Shown: positions 17,463-27,224 of the stretch, piece by piece
Numbering within the stretch: position 1 is the first letter of the stretch
How the letters are laid out: each line of letters begins with the position of its first letter
Source of the DNA: an uncultured Armatimonadetes bacterium
GTDB lineage: Bacteria > Armatimonadota > UBA5829 > DTJY01
Length of the DNA stretch: 64,000 bases
Assembly: GCA_963717145.1 (NCBI GenBank)
Contig: OY970325.1
Coordinates: 4,864,001 to 4,928,000 of the forward strand
Direction of reading: 5' to 3'
Notes under the pieces: generated by a model
The model's input: only the letters and a program-made list of their open reading frames with translations
Database searches by the model: none
Told to the model about the DNA's origin: nothing
Program-made: the position numbers and the translations under genes

Positions 17463-19910
17463 GTGCCCCTGACTAGGAAACTGCTAACCGTAATACTGCT
17501 GTCCCTGCTGGTCGCATCGAGCGCGTTCGCCGCCGAACAGCTCACCCTGAAGGTCTACAAGCTGCCCCTCAAGGAAGCCCGAAGCGTTCCGGACAAGGCG
17601 AACTGGGCGATCGTCCAACGGTTCATGGAGCTTCATCCCAACATCAAGTTGGAGGGCTTCCAGGGGATCACGGCCGCCGGGCTCGATATGGAGGTCGGAC
17701 CGCTCCTCGCGATGGCCGGTGGGGTCGCGCCTGATGTCCTCTACGTCAATTTCCGCATCTCCGACAGCTACATCCAGCAGCAGTTCCTCTATCCGCTCGA
17801 CGAGTACGTCGAGGAATGGGCGAAGGAAGAGGACCTCTCCGAGCACATCTACGGGCCGGTGTGGAAAGTCATCAAGCGCGAGGGCCACATCTGGGCGATC
17901 CCCTATCAGACCTACGTCATGGCGCTCCAGTATCGCAAAGACCTCTTTCGCGAGGCCGGGCTCGATCCCGACCACCCGCCGAAGGACTGGGATGAGCTGT
18001 ACGAGTATGCGCAGAAGCTGACCATTCCGGAGAAGGGTCAGTACGGGATGGCGATCTTCTCCGGACCGCATGCCGCGTGGTGGTGGATCGACTTCCTCTG
18101 GTCAGCCGGCGGTGAGGCGGTCGCCGAGGACAAGGATGGCAACTGGAAGGCGGTCTTCAACGACGAGGCCGCAGTCACAGCGCTGAAGTTCTACCAGAAG
18201 CTCGGGCGCGAGAAATGGAGCCGCGATGGCAAGACCTACACCGGCGTCGCATACCGGGATACCGACTATGCGAAGCTCTGGGCGCTCGGCAAGATCGGCA
18301 TCGTCTTCGGCTACATGAACGACCAGATGATGTCCGGCGTGAACCCGAACCTGATCGGAATCGCGCCGATGCCTCTCGGTCCGACGGGTAAGCGCGGGAA
18401 CGAGCTGAACTGCGCGATGATGGGGATCAACTCCCAGTGCAAGGACAAGCGCATCCGGGATGCCGCCTGGGAGTACATCAAGTTTTGGGCGAGCGATGAG
18501 GCGATCCGCGTGCGCTGCAAGGTCTACACCGAGTCGGGATTCGGCAAGTTCATCGCGCCGAAGTACCTCAAAAAGTATGGCTACACTCAATACCTCCGCC
18601 AGGTCCCGAAGGGCTGGGCCGAGACCCTCGAAGAGGCGCTCCGATCCGGCCGCCCGGAGCCTTACGGGCGCAACTGCGAGAACATCTACTCCGAGATGAC
18701 TCCTCCGCTCGACGCCGCGTGGCTCAAGGGCGATCTGAACCTCAAGCAGGAACTCGACAAGGCGGTCGCCCACTGCAACGAGAAACTCATGGGCGTGATC
18801 GACCCGAAGGTGCTAGAGTTCCGACGCCGGGTCGCGCTCGTTGTCGTCATAGTCCTGATGATCATGTTCACCCTTGTGTTCCGCCATGTCATCAAGAGCT
18901 TCACCCGCGACTACGAGTCAGGCCACGACAAGAAGCTGGACCGCGCGAAGAAGCCGTCGAGAGCCGTGATACGTCGCACGATTATCGCGTTCCTGCTGAT
19001 GGCCCCCGCGCTCATTTCCGTCGCTATCTGGGCATACTACCCGCTCGCGCGCGGCTCGCTCATGGCGTTCCAGGACTTCCGGATCATTGCGGGCACCAAG
19101 TGGGTCGGGCTCGACAACTTCAGCGAGGTGCTGTTCACGCCACAGGTCTGGAAGTCATTCATGAACAGCGTCATCTTCATGCTGCTCAGCCTCGGACTGG
19201 GATTCTGCGGGCCTATCATCCTCGCGCTCATCCTCCACGAGATCCCACGCGGCAAGATACTCTTCCGCACGCTGTATTATCTCCCGGCGGTCACGACCGG
19301 CCTGGTCATCATGTTCCTGTGGAAGTTCTTCTACAGCCCGAGTCCGGCCGGCCTGCTCAACCGCCTGCTCGCGAGCTTCAACGATCTGATCCTGGCGCAC
19401 ATCAACTCGGCGCTGGCGTGGCTTCACGTCCCGGCGCAGATACCCATGTTCAGCGCGCAGACCTGGCTAGGAGACCCGAAGCTGGCGATGCTCTGCGTGA
19501 TCATGCCGATCATCTGGGCGCACGTCGGGCCGGGATGCATCATCTACCTGGCGGCGCTGAAGGGCGTCCCGGAGGATGTCTACGAGGCGGCGGACCTCGA
19601 TGGCGCGGGTGTGCTGCACAAGATCTGGCATATCACGATCCCGTTCCTTCGCCCGCTGATCATCATCAACTTCGTCGGCGCATTCATCGCCGCATTCCGA
19701 TCGTTCGACTTCATATTCGTCATGACGGGCGGCGGCCCGATGTACTCCACACACGTCGCCGGGCTCGAAATCTGGTACAACGCGTTCCTGTACCTCAAGT
19801 TCGGCTATGCGGTTGCGATGGCGTGGCTGCTCGGCTCGCTCGTCGTCGGATTCACTGTGTTCCAGCTTAGGATTCTCTCCCGCCTGCAGTTCAAGACCGC
19901 GGGAGCGTAG
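17463..19910 (+). CDS. Fused carbohydrate ABC substrate-binding protein + permease
   Basis: Signal peptide; SBP motifs (AGGVAPDV, YRKDLF.EAG, PKDWDEL) followed by TM helices, WVGLDNF and the EAA loop DVYEAADLDGAG. Confidence 0.9.
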   Translation: MPLTRKLLTVILLSLLVASSAFAAEQLTLKVYKLPLKEARSVPDKANWAIVQRFMELHPNIKLEGFQGITAAGLDMEVGPLLAMAGGVAPDVLYVNFRISDSYIQQQFLYPLDEYVEEWAKEEDLSEHIYGPVWKVIKREGHIWAIPYQTYVMALQYRKDLFREAGLDPDHPPKDWDELYEYAQKLTIPEKGQYGMAIFSGPHAAWWWIDFLWSAGGEAVAEDKDGNWKAVFNDEAAVTALKFYQKLGREKWSRDGKTYTGVAYRDTDYAKLWALGKIGIVFGYMNDQMMSGVNPNLIGIAPMPLGPTGKRGNELNCAMMGINSQCKDKRIRDAAWEYIKFWASDEAIRVRCKVYTESGFGKFIAPKYLKKYGYTQYLRQVPKGWAETLEEALRSGRPEPYGRNCENIYSEMTPPLDAAWLKGDLNLKQELDKAVAHCNEKLMGVIDPKVLEFRRRVALVVVIVLMIMFTLVFRHVIKSFTRDYESGHDKKLDRAKKPSRAVIRRTIIAFLLMAPALISVAIWAYYPLARGSLMAFQDFRIIAGTKWVGLDNFSEVLFTPQVWKSFMNSVIFMLLSLGLGFCGPIILALILHEIPRGKILFRTLYYLPAVTTGLVIMFLWKFFYSPSPAGLLNRLLASFNDLILAHINSALAWLHVPAQIPMFSAQTWLGDPKLAMLCVIMPIIWAHVGPGCIIYLAALKGVPEDVYEAADLDGAGVLHKIWHITIPFLRPLIIINFVGAFIAAFRSFDFIFVMTGGGPMYSTHVAGLEIWYNAFLYLKFGYAVAMAWLLGSLVVGFTVFQLRILSRLQFKTAGA

Positions 19911-19915
19911 GAGGA

Positions 19916-19977
19916 ATGGTTGATGGTTTATGGTTAATGGCGGACCGGCTCCCCACTAACCATGAACCATCAACCAT
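19916..19977. repeat. Inverted heptamer array (ATGGTTN)n ... (NAACCAT)n
   Basis: ATGGTTG ATGGTTT ATGGTTA vs TAACCAT GAACCAT CAACCAT. Confidence 0.8.
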
Positions 19978-19984
19978 AGGTTTG

Positions 19985-20082
19985 AGATGCTTCGGTAGCA
20001 GAGGCCTGGCGGCGCTGCCGAAGCCCTTCTGATCTAGTCGATGCTTCGGCAGCGCCGCCAGGCCTCTGCTACCGAAGCATCT
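19985..20082. repeat. REPIN-like doublet, 40-bp perfect inverted repeat
   Basis: 19985-20024 is the reverse complement of 20043-20082; each arm is itself a hairpin (GCTTCGG..CCGAAGC). Confidence 0.92.
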
Positions 20083-20096
20083 GGGTTGGGTTTCCC

Positions 20097-21949
20097 ATGC
20101 CAATTATCTCCGTCATCGGTCGAAAACAGAGGAAGGTCCGGGTGCTCATCGCCGCGCTGTACGTCATATTGACGCTCGGCGCGCTGACGATGGTCTACCC
20201 GTTTCTGCTGATGGTCTCGACCTCGTTCACCAGTCCGGTCGATCAGAACGAGTTCAAGGTCGTCCCGCGCTACTTCTACGACGAGGCGAGCCTCTACCGC
20301 AAGTACGTCGAGGCGAAGTACGACGAGGACATCGTCTATTACAACATCGCATTGGGCACGGACCTTGCGACGTTCGAGGAACTCGAGCCGCCTGAGGGGA
20401 TCAACCGCCGGTTCGTCGCTGAATGGCGCGAGTTCAAGGGCACTCTCCCGCTCGACTACACGACTCTGGCGCACTCCAACTCCCTCTCGAAGCTCACGCC
20501 GGAGATGCTGGTCGACTACCGGGCGTTCCTGAGGAAGAAGTTCCGCGGCGACCTCGACAAGCTCAACAAGGACTACAAGGAAGCCAACGAGACCTGGCTC
20601 GAACCCGGGATGCCGATCGAGGACTGGACGATGCGCAACTTCAGCCCCGAGCGCACGCCGAAGTACCGCGACTTCCTGGTGTTCAAGGCCGCCCGGCCCG
20701 TGCGCTACCTGACGACTGTGTCGGTGGACGGCCTCTTCCAGGACTACCTGCGCCTCACGTGCGGCAAGCTCGATGCGATCAACAGGGGGCTCGGGCTCGC
20801 GTGTGCGAACCGGGCGGATGTCCATATGCCCGCACGAAAGCCCGGCGGACCGTTCGGCCCGATCTGGGAGGAGTACATCCGCAAGGAGTGCCCGGTCCAT
20901 TTCGTCCATATCGATCCGGGTGCGACGGACGACTACGATGCCTTTATCAAGCGGAAGTATGTGGATTTCGCCGCATACAACCGTGCGTACAAGACGAACA
21001 TCGCCTCCTTCGCCGAGGTATCGTTCTCCCCGAGAGCGCCTGAAGCGGGCATGGCGCTCGTCGACTGGGTCGAGTTCCTGGAAGACGCCGCGCCGATCGA
21101 GATGGTCGAGTTGCGGAGTCCCGAGGTCCTGTTCCGCCAACATGTGGCGAGGAAATACGGCTCGCCCGACCGGATGAACGAGGCGCTTGGGTTGAAGGTT
21201 GCGTCATTCGAGCAGGTGGCGCCTCCGTATGCCGAGAACAACCTGCTCGAACTGCGAGAGAACCGCGGCCCGATCCGGCGGGAGTTCATCTCCCGCAACT
21301 ACCGCGAGGTGCTGGAGTACATCGCGCTGCACGGACGGGCGCTCATGAACACGGCCATCCTGTGCCTCGGTATGGTGCTCGCGGTGCTGCTGGTCAATCC
21401 GCTCTGCGCCTATGCCCTTTCGCGGTTCAATCTGCGCTCGACGTACAAGATCCTGCTCTTCCTGCTCGCGACTATGGCCTTCCCGGCGGAGGTCTCGGCG
21501 ATCCCGAGCTTCCTGCTGATCAAGGACCTGCATCTGCTCGGCACATACTGGGCAATCATCCTTCCGGCGCTTGCGAGCGGGTACTCGGTCTTTCTGCTCA
21601 AGGGATTCTTCGACAGCTTGCCGACGGAGCTGTACGAAGCGGCGATGATCGATGGCGCGACCGAGATGCAGATGTACTGGAAGATCACGATCCAGCTATC
21701 GAAGCCGGTGCTCGCGGTCATCGCGCTCGGCACATTCACCGCGGCATACGGATCGTTCATGTGGGCGTTCCTCGTGCTGCAGAACCCGAAGATGTGGACG
21801 CTGATGGTCTGGCTCTATCAGATGCAGATCTGGCGCCGCAGTTCCTGGTCTACGCGGCCCTCGTGCTGACGGCGATCCCGACGCTTCTGGTCTTCATCTT
21901 CTGCCAAAACGTGATCATGCGAGGAATCATCATCCCCTCGGAGAAGTAA
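20097..21949 (+). CDS. Carbohydrate ABC permease (MalG-like) with a large extracytoplasmic insert; apparent 1-nt frameshift near 21832
   Basis: MVYPFLLM, AYALSR, FLLKGFFDSLPTELYEAAMIDGA; adding one G in TGGCG joins ..QMQIW to APQFLVYAALVLTAIPTLLVFIFCQNVIMRGI. Confidence 0.88.
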
Positions 21950-21954
21950 GGCAT

Positions 21955-22056
21955 GGAACACAGATAACACAGATAGCGGAGGATGGGATAGATGAAATGC
22001 CGATTTTGATTCTGGACATCCGTTTCATCCTCTGCCATCTGTTTCATCTGTGTTCC
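21955..22056. repeat. ACACAGAT-type imperfect inverted repeat
   Basis: GGAACACAGATAACACAGATAGCGGAGGATG vs CATCCTCTGCCATCTGTTTCATCTGTGTTCC. Confidence 0.8.
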
Positions 22057-22067
22057 AAGGATATGCC

Positions 22068-23078
22068 ATGGACGTCGGTAAGCTTCCGCACAGACTGCTG
22101 GCTGAGATGCTCTCGAAGGTCGAACTCGATGGGCGAGTGATCGTCGGGCCGGGGATCGGCATCGACGCCGCCGTGATCGAGTTCGGCGACCGTCTGCTCG
22201 TCACCAAGACCGACCCGATCACCTTCGCTACCGACCTCATCGGTTGGTACGCCGTCAACATCAACGCCAACGACATCGCCTCGATGGGCGCGGATCCGAA
22301 GTGGTTCATGGCGACGATCCTGCTTCCGACGACCTGCGAGCCTTCGGATGTCGAGGCGATCTTCGACCAGATTACCTCCGCCTGTCGCGACCTGGGGATC
22401 ACTCTCGTCGGCGGCCACACGGAGATCACCCACGACCTGGATCGGCCGATCGTCGTCGGATGCATGCTCGGCGAGACCGACCGCTCCCGGCTCGTGACCG
22501 CGAGCGGCGCCGGGGTGGGGGACGACATCTTCCTGACGAAGGGGATCGCGGTCGAGGGCACGTCGCTCCTCGCGCGTGAGGCCGGCGACCGGCTGAGGGA
22601 GATGGGGTTCACGCCCGAGTTCCTCGATCGGTGCGCGAAACTACTGTTCGAGCCGGGGGTCAGCGTCGTGAGGGATGCTCGGATCGCGACTGAGGCGGTC
22701 ACGGTGAACTCGATGCACGACCCAACCGAGGGCGGGCTGGCGACCGGGCTGATGGAGATCGCGGAGGCGTCCGGCCTGGGATTGGAGGTCGATCGGGAGG
22801 CGATCCCGGTCCTGCCGGAGACTCAATCGCTCTGCCGGGAGTTGGGGCTCGACCCGCTCGGGCTGATCGCGTCCGGCTCGCTGCTCCTGACCGTCTCCCC
22901 GGCGGATACCCCTCGACTGCTCGAGGCATTCGGCCAGGCGGGAATCACTGCCAACGTCATCGGTCGCATGATGCCCCGCGACCACGGCCTCAAGATGCGC
23001 ACGTCCGCAGGCGTGATCGACCTGCCCTCGTTCCCACGGGATGAGATCGCGCGGTTCTTCGACGAGCAAGCGCTGTAG
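22068..23078 (+). CDS. AIR synthase (PurM/HypE/ThiL-like) family protein
   Basis: GPGIGIDAA, TDPITF, NANDIASMGA, GGHTEIT, MHDPTEGGL, LIASGSLL. Confidence 0.88.
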   Translation: MDVGKLPHRLLAEMLSKVELDGRVIVGPGIGIDAAVIEFGDRLLVTKTDPITFATDLIGWYAVNINANDIASMGADPKWFMATILLPTTCEPSDVEAIFDQITSACRDLGITLVGGHTEITHDLDRPIVVGCMLGETDRSRLVTASGAGVGDDIFLTKGIAVEGTSLLAREAGDRLREMGFTPEFLDRCAKLLFEPGVSVVRDARIATEAVTVNSMHDPTEGGLATGLMEIAEASGLGLEVDREAIPVLPETQSLCRELGLDPLGLIASGSLLLTVSPADTPRLLEAFGQAGITANVIGRMMPRDHGLKMRTSAGVIDLPSFPRDEIARFFDEQAL

Positions 23079-23139
23079 AGGCGTGCCTTGTGCCGCCCGG
23101 CGCTGTGGTATCGGGCGGCACAAGGCACGCCCCTACAGC
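23072..23139. repeat. GTAG-type REP doublet between convergent genes; possible bidirectional terminator
   Basis: GCTGTAGAGGCGTGCCTTGTGCCGCCCG vs CGGGCGGCACAAGGCACGCCCCTACAGC (28 bp, 1 mismatch). Confidence 0.88.
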
Positions 23140-24323
23140 CCCTTATCTCTTACCGCTTCCACCTCGGCAGTCGCACGGCTCGGCATCAGGGTGAAGTGGC
23201 ACTGGCCTGCGCCGACCGCCATCGGGGTGAATGCCTTCGCCTGCGACGTGTACCCGGGCGCAGAGGCGATCAGCACATACGGCCTGGGATCGAGTTCCGA
23301 GAGCAGGAACCTCCCCGCTGCGTCCGATATCGAGCGCGCGGCCTCGTCCTTAGAATCCACCTTCACCTCGGCGCCCTGGAGCGGCAGCCCTGTCGAGACG
23401 TCGATCACCGTTCCCGAGATGCTGATCGCGGGCGGCTTGACCGTCGTCCCTGCCCCAATCCCGTTCGCCTGGAAGGGGACGGCAGGCAACTGGGTCGCGC
23501 AGGACGGGCAGAACACCCAATCCGGACGGATCGGCGACTGGCATTTCGGGCACGTCGCCTCTGCCTCGGAGCCGCAGAATGGGCAGCGCTTCAGCCCGAC
23601 AGGAAGGTCCGCGCCGCACTTCGGGCACGCCCGCGGATCGGGGTAGCGGATCACCAGGTAGGTCACGAGCCCGACGACGTTCGTCAGGAGTGTAAGAAGT
23701 GCCCACGGGATCGGCTCCATCCGCCGCCAGGATGCGTCGAGATATACCCACCAGGGTACCAGTATCCAGTAACCAGCGAAGGAGAGCACGAGGAAGAACG
23801 CGACGAACCCCATTCCGGTATCCGCAAAGAGCATGCCGAACAGGGAAGTCACACCGAGAGCGATTGCAATGGCCCTGGTCGTGTTCTTGGCTTGCTCTAC
23901 CGGTGCTCGCATGAGCGAATCCGCCAGGCTCGTGTACGCTCGGTTGAGGGCATTGGTCACCCGTCCCGTCATGTGCCGCGTCCCACAGATTGGGCACGCC
24001 TGAGCCGTACTCAGCAATCGGTTACCGCACTGAGTGCAGATGGCTGCGGTTGGCTCCGCCGTCAGTACATAGACCAATAGGGCGAGGGGTGCTGCGGCGA
24101 GACCGAAGACCGTCCATGCGACGACCCTGCGTCCGCACTGAGACGCATCCACCGCAATCCATGTCGCTGTCAGAATCCAGCCCACCACTATGAGGAACGG
24201 GCCCATCCCATCGCCGGCGTCAGGTAGTGTCACTGCCGTGATGAGCCCGAGCACCCATGCGGCAATCGCGATGGTCCCGAGTATCGCCTTCCGGCGCAGC
24301 ATAGTCAATTCATGTTCATTCAT
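23133..24323 (-). CDS. Membrane protein with zinc ribbons and a C-terminal carboxypeptidase-regulatory-like domain
   Basis: TM helices with WxxxDA motifs; CxxC pairs (CTQC/CPIC, CPKC/CPFC/CPKC/CPSC); ISGTVID..TG.PL.GA.V. Confidence 0.8.
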   Translation of the reverse strand: MNEHELTMLRRKAILGTIAIAAWVLGLITAVTLPDAGDGMGPFLIVVGWILTATWIAVDASQCGRRVVAWTVFGLAAAPLALLVYVLTAEPTAAICTQCGNRLLSTAQACPICGTRHMTGRVTNALNRAYTSLADSLMRAPVEQAKNTTRAIAIALGVTSLFGMLFADTGMGFVAFFLVLSFAGYWILVPWWVYLDASWRRMEPIPWALLTLLTNVVGLVTYLVIRYPDPRACPKCGADLPVGLKRCPFCGSEAEATCPKCQSPIRPDWVFCPSCATQLPAVPFQANGIGAGTTVKPPAISISGTVIDVSTGLPLQGAEVKVDSKDEAARSISDAAGRFLLSELDPRPYVLIASAPGYTSQAKAFTPMAVGAGQCHFTLMPSRATAEVEAVRDKGL

Positions 24324-24359
24324 CGGTGTATCCTATGGCATCCGTCGCGGATTGGGCCC

Positions 24360-24440
24360 GTAGCCTAGCCCCTTGTGGGCGTTCGTCTCCCCGTAGCCTG
24401 GGGCTTCATGCCCGTTCGGCGCCCACAAGGGGTAGGCTAC
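24360..24440. repeat. GTAG-type REP doublet
   Basis: GTAGCCTAGCCCCTTGTGGGCG vs CGCCCACAAGGGGTAGGCTAC. Confidence 0.8.
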
Positions 24441-26007
24441 ACGACAGACTCGGCGGGCTCGACAGTGAAGTCCAGCGTAACCTGCTGTCCGGGCGTAACC
24501 TCGGCCAGGCGGGTCTGATGCTTGAACCCGACCGCGTCCACCGCGACCGTATACGGACCCGCTGGGATGTTCTCCAGCACGAATCCGCCCTCAGCGCCGG
24601 TCAGGGCCGAGCGGTCGAGGCGGCTCGAGTCGATGCAGACGCGCACCCCGGCGATAGGCCTCGCAGTGCCTCGCTCGATGACCCGGCCGATGATCCTGGA
24701 GGGCAGCGCCCTCAGGTTGAGTTGCACCGATTCCGGCGCTTCACCGATATCGAGTTCGGCCTCAGCGGGCTCGTAGCCTGCTCTGGTCACCGTGATCGTG
24801 TATCTTCCGCTTCGAAGCTTGCGCGCCTCGAAGACGCCTGCCACGCTGGTGATGCCGTCGACCTTGGCGAGCCGGCCGGTCACCGAGACGCGTGCATTCG
24901 GCATCGGAGCGCCGGTCTCGGTATCGAGCACCGTGACGCACAGGTTTGCCCTCGTGCTCTCCATCAACCGGGAGGCAAGAGGCTCACCGGCACTCCTGGG
25001 CGTGATCGTCTCCAACACATGCGTGGGCGACACGTTACAGACCGGGCAGTACTGCCAGCCGGGTCTCATCCGGGTCTGGCAGACCGGGCACCGGCCCATC
25101 AGGGTGACGCCGCACGCCGGGCATCGGATGTACTTTCCCAGCACCTCCTCACCGCAGTTAGGGCAGGGATACGCTCCCGGCAGCCTTGCCAAAAGATATG
25201 CCCCGAGCCCGATCACGTTGGTGATCGCCACGAGCGCGCCCCATGCGAACGGCCTCATTCCCCGCCGGTAAGCATCCATTCCGACCCAGATCGGGAGCAG
25301 CGCCAGATACAGAAGGAACGCGAAGAGACTGGCCCAGCGTAGTTCCAGTATCACCATCCTGTCTAGAGTCTGGTGAGGCATATCCATTGCGACCCGGCGG
25401 TCGGTCTGCACCACAGCCAGGATGCCTATGGCCTGGCCACTGTCGTTCTTGATCCTGGCCAGGTAGACCTTCCCGGCGTTCTCGGTATACTTGTTGACCT
25501 CACCGACGAATGTGGACGTCCAATACGGGTACGTGTCGCCGGCCGAATCGTCCCATTGGCCGTCCGCCTCGGATCGAGGGCTGTCCAGTATATCCTCGAT
25601 CGGCCGACCGAACGGGAACACCTTGCCGACCAGTGGCTTGGGACTCGCTGACACAACTCGGCCGTTTTCGTCAAGCACGGCGGCCGCGACGACGTTGCGG
25701 TGATCATCTGACTCAAGAATGCTCGGACTTGACATTGCCCTGACTGCAGCGTCCCATCCAGTATAGATCGTTACGGGCTCGGCCTGCTGCTTGACGTACG
25801 TGTCGAGAATCGCATTGTCCGACGCATCGAGGCCCCCTGGGCGATCGGTCTGACGATTCCCTGAAGGTCAGGATCAGGGAAGCGGTAGACGGTCGCTCCG
25901 TTCCAGAACGGCTCCACCATGATGTAGGTGCTGCCGACGAGCAAGCCGATCGCCGTCAAGAACGAGAGCAGGCACAGCCATCCGATAAGTGTCTTGGCAA
26001 TACGCAT
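24437..26007 (-). CDS. Membrane protein with extracytoplasmic domain, double zinc ribbon and two carboxypeptidase-regulatory-like domains; apparent frameshift in the C5 run at 25833-25837
   Basis: One extra G joins ..RPIAQG to GLDASDNAILDTYVKQQAEPVTIYTGWDAAVRAMSSP; CPNC/CPAC/CPVC/CPVC; G.Y.ITV.RAGY. Confidence 0.75.
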
Positions 26008-26019
26008 GGTCTACACCCC

Positions 26020-26511
26020 CTACCTCTTAAAGGTCATCCCGTTGAGCGGCCTGCGCCGGGCGGTGACCATGATCGGCACAAAGGAAGTGACGAAGATGAT
26101 CGTGACCGCAATCGCTACCAGCCTCAGCGAGCCGAGCGGGCTCGTAATCGCGACTACATCGATCCGTCCCGTCAACTGCAGGGCGAGGACCGACACCATG
26201 ACTGCAAACACGATCACCGAGGCAAACGCGAACCCGAGGAACGCGTATACCGTGCGCGGGCTGACGCGTTCCATCGCCGGCCTGCATATCGGCACGGCGG
26301 CGAGCGCCTTCGCCAGCGCCCGGGACTCGGCGAGTGTCGGGCGGAGAGTCGGCGCGTCGCCGATCAGGCTCACGAGCGCCCGGTACTCCTCCAGCGCGGC
26401 AGAGCAGTCGTCACATCGGTCGATGTGATGCTCGACCGCCTCGACCTCGTGTGTCGCCAGGTCGCCGGTGACGTATGCCGCAAGCATCTGCTCGCATCTC
26501 TCGCAGTTCAT
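26020..26511 (-). CDS. Zinc-binding anti-sigma factor (zf-HC2) with two TM helices
   Basis: MNCERC..L.AYV.GDL..HIDRCDDC (Hx3Cx2C); overlaps the sigma stop codon. Confidence 0.88.
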   Translation of the reverse strand: MNCERCEQMLAAYVTGDLATHEVEAVEHHIDRCDDCSAALEEYRALVSLIGDAPTLRPTLAESRALAKALAAVPICRPAMERVSPRTVYAFLGFAFASVIVFAVMVSVLALQLTGRIDVVAITSPLGSLRLVAIAVTIIFVTSFVPIMVTARRRPLNGMTFKR

Positions 26512-27224
26512 ATCCGCCCCTCGCTTTCCGGAGGCCGAAGCTCCCCTCGGAGCTTCTTCAGAGCAAAGTGTATCCAGGATTTGACCGTGCCCGACGGCGC
26601 GCCCATCACCTGTGCGATCTCGTCATAGGTCAGGTCGTGCCGGAAGCGGAGCATCACGGCGGATCTCTGAGCTTCCGGCAGTTGGTCGACGGCGTCCCAC
26701 ATCTCCGAGGCCGCCATCCGATCCGCCACCGTGGTTTCCATCGTGGTGACCGCCCGGTTTTTCGCCTCCATCAGCATCTCCATGGCGTCCATCTCGGATA
26801 CCAGGGACTCTTTCCGTACGTTTCGGCGGCGGAAGTCGTCGCGGATGAGGTTCATGGCGATCGTGTAGAGCCAGGTCTTGAACGACGACTTGCGCTGGAA
26901 GGTGGATGCGGCCTCGATGACCCGCACGAACGCCATCTGAGCGATGTCCGCCGCCCGATCCCGATCGCTCAGGTGGCGATACGCGAAGTCGAGGAGCTTG
27001 CTGTGGTATCTGGAGACGAGAATATCCATCGCGCGCCTGTTTCCGCAGGCGCACAAAGACATCAGCTCTTCGTCTGCGAGGTTGATCACGCGCTGATCAC
27101 TCCTGTCAGCTCTCTCCAGCAGTATCTGGCGTATTGGGTTGCGCAACCGTTGAGCGGACAGCCGCCCCAGGATGCTCGTCTGTTCCATGATACCGACCTC
27201 GTTGATCGCTGTCAAACCTGTCAC
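26508..27224 (-). CDS. ECF RNA polymerase sigma factor
   Basis: AADIAQMAF, FKTWLYTIAMN, LPEAQR, LTYDEIA.VMG..GTVKS; start uncertain. Confidence 0.92.
   Translation of the reverse strand: MTGLTAINEVGIMEQTSILGRLSAQRLRNPIRQILLERADRSDQRVINLADEELMSLCACGNRRAMDILVSRYHSKLLDFAYRHLSDRDRAADIAQMAFVRVIEAASTFQRKSSFKTWLYTIAMNLIRDDFRRRNVRKESLVSEMDAMEMLMEAKNRAVTTMETTVADRMAASEMWDAVDQLPEAQRSAVMLRFRHDLTYDEIAQVMGAPSGTVKSWIHFALKKLRGELRPPESEGRI

Noticed and set aside
21828-21840. Frameshift in the ABC permease as pseudogene or programmed shift
   Set aside because: One missing G in a short G run restores a normal C-terminus. The same signature occurs at 25833-25837 and ~38709, so sequencing error is the simplest explanation. 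Reads are needed to confirm.
25833-25837. Phase-variable homopolymer
   Set aside because: The run is only 5 nt, short for phase variation, and it matches the deletion-error pattern.
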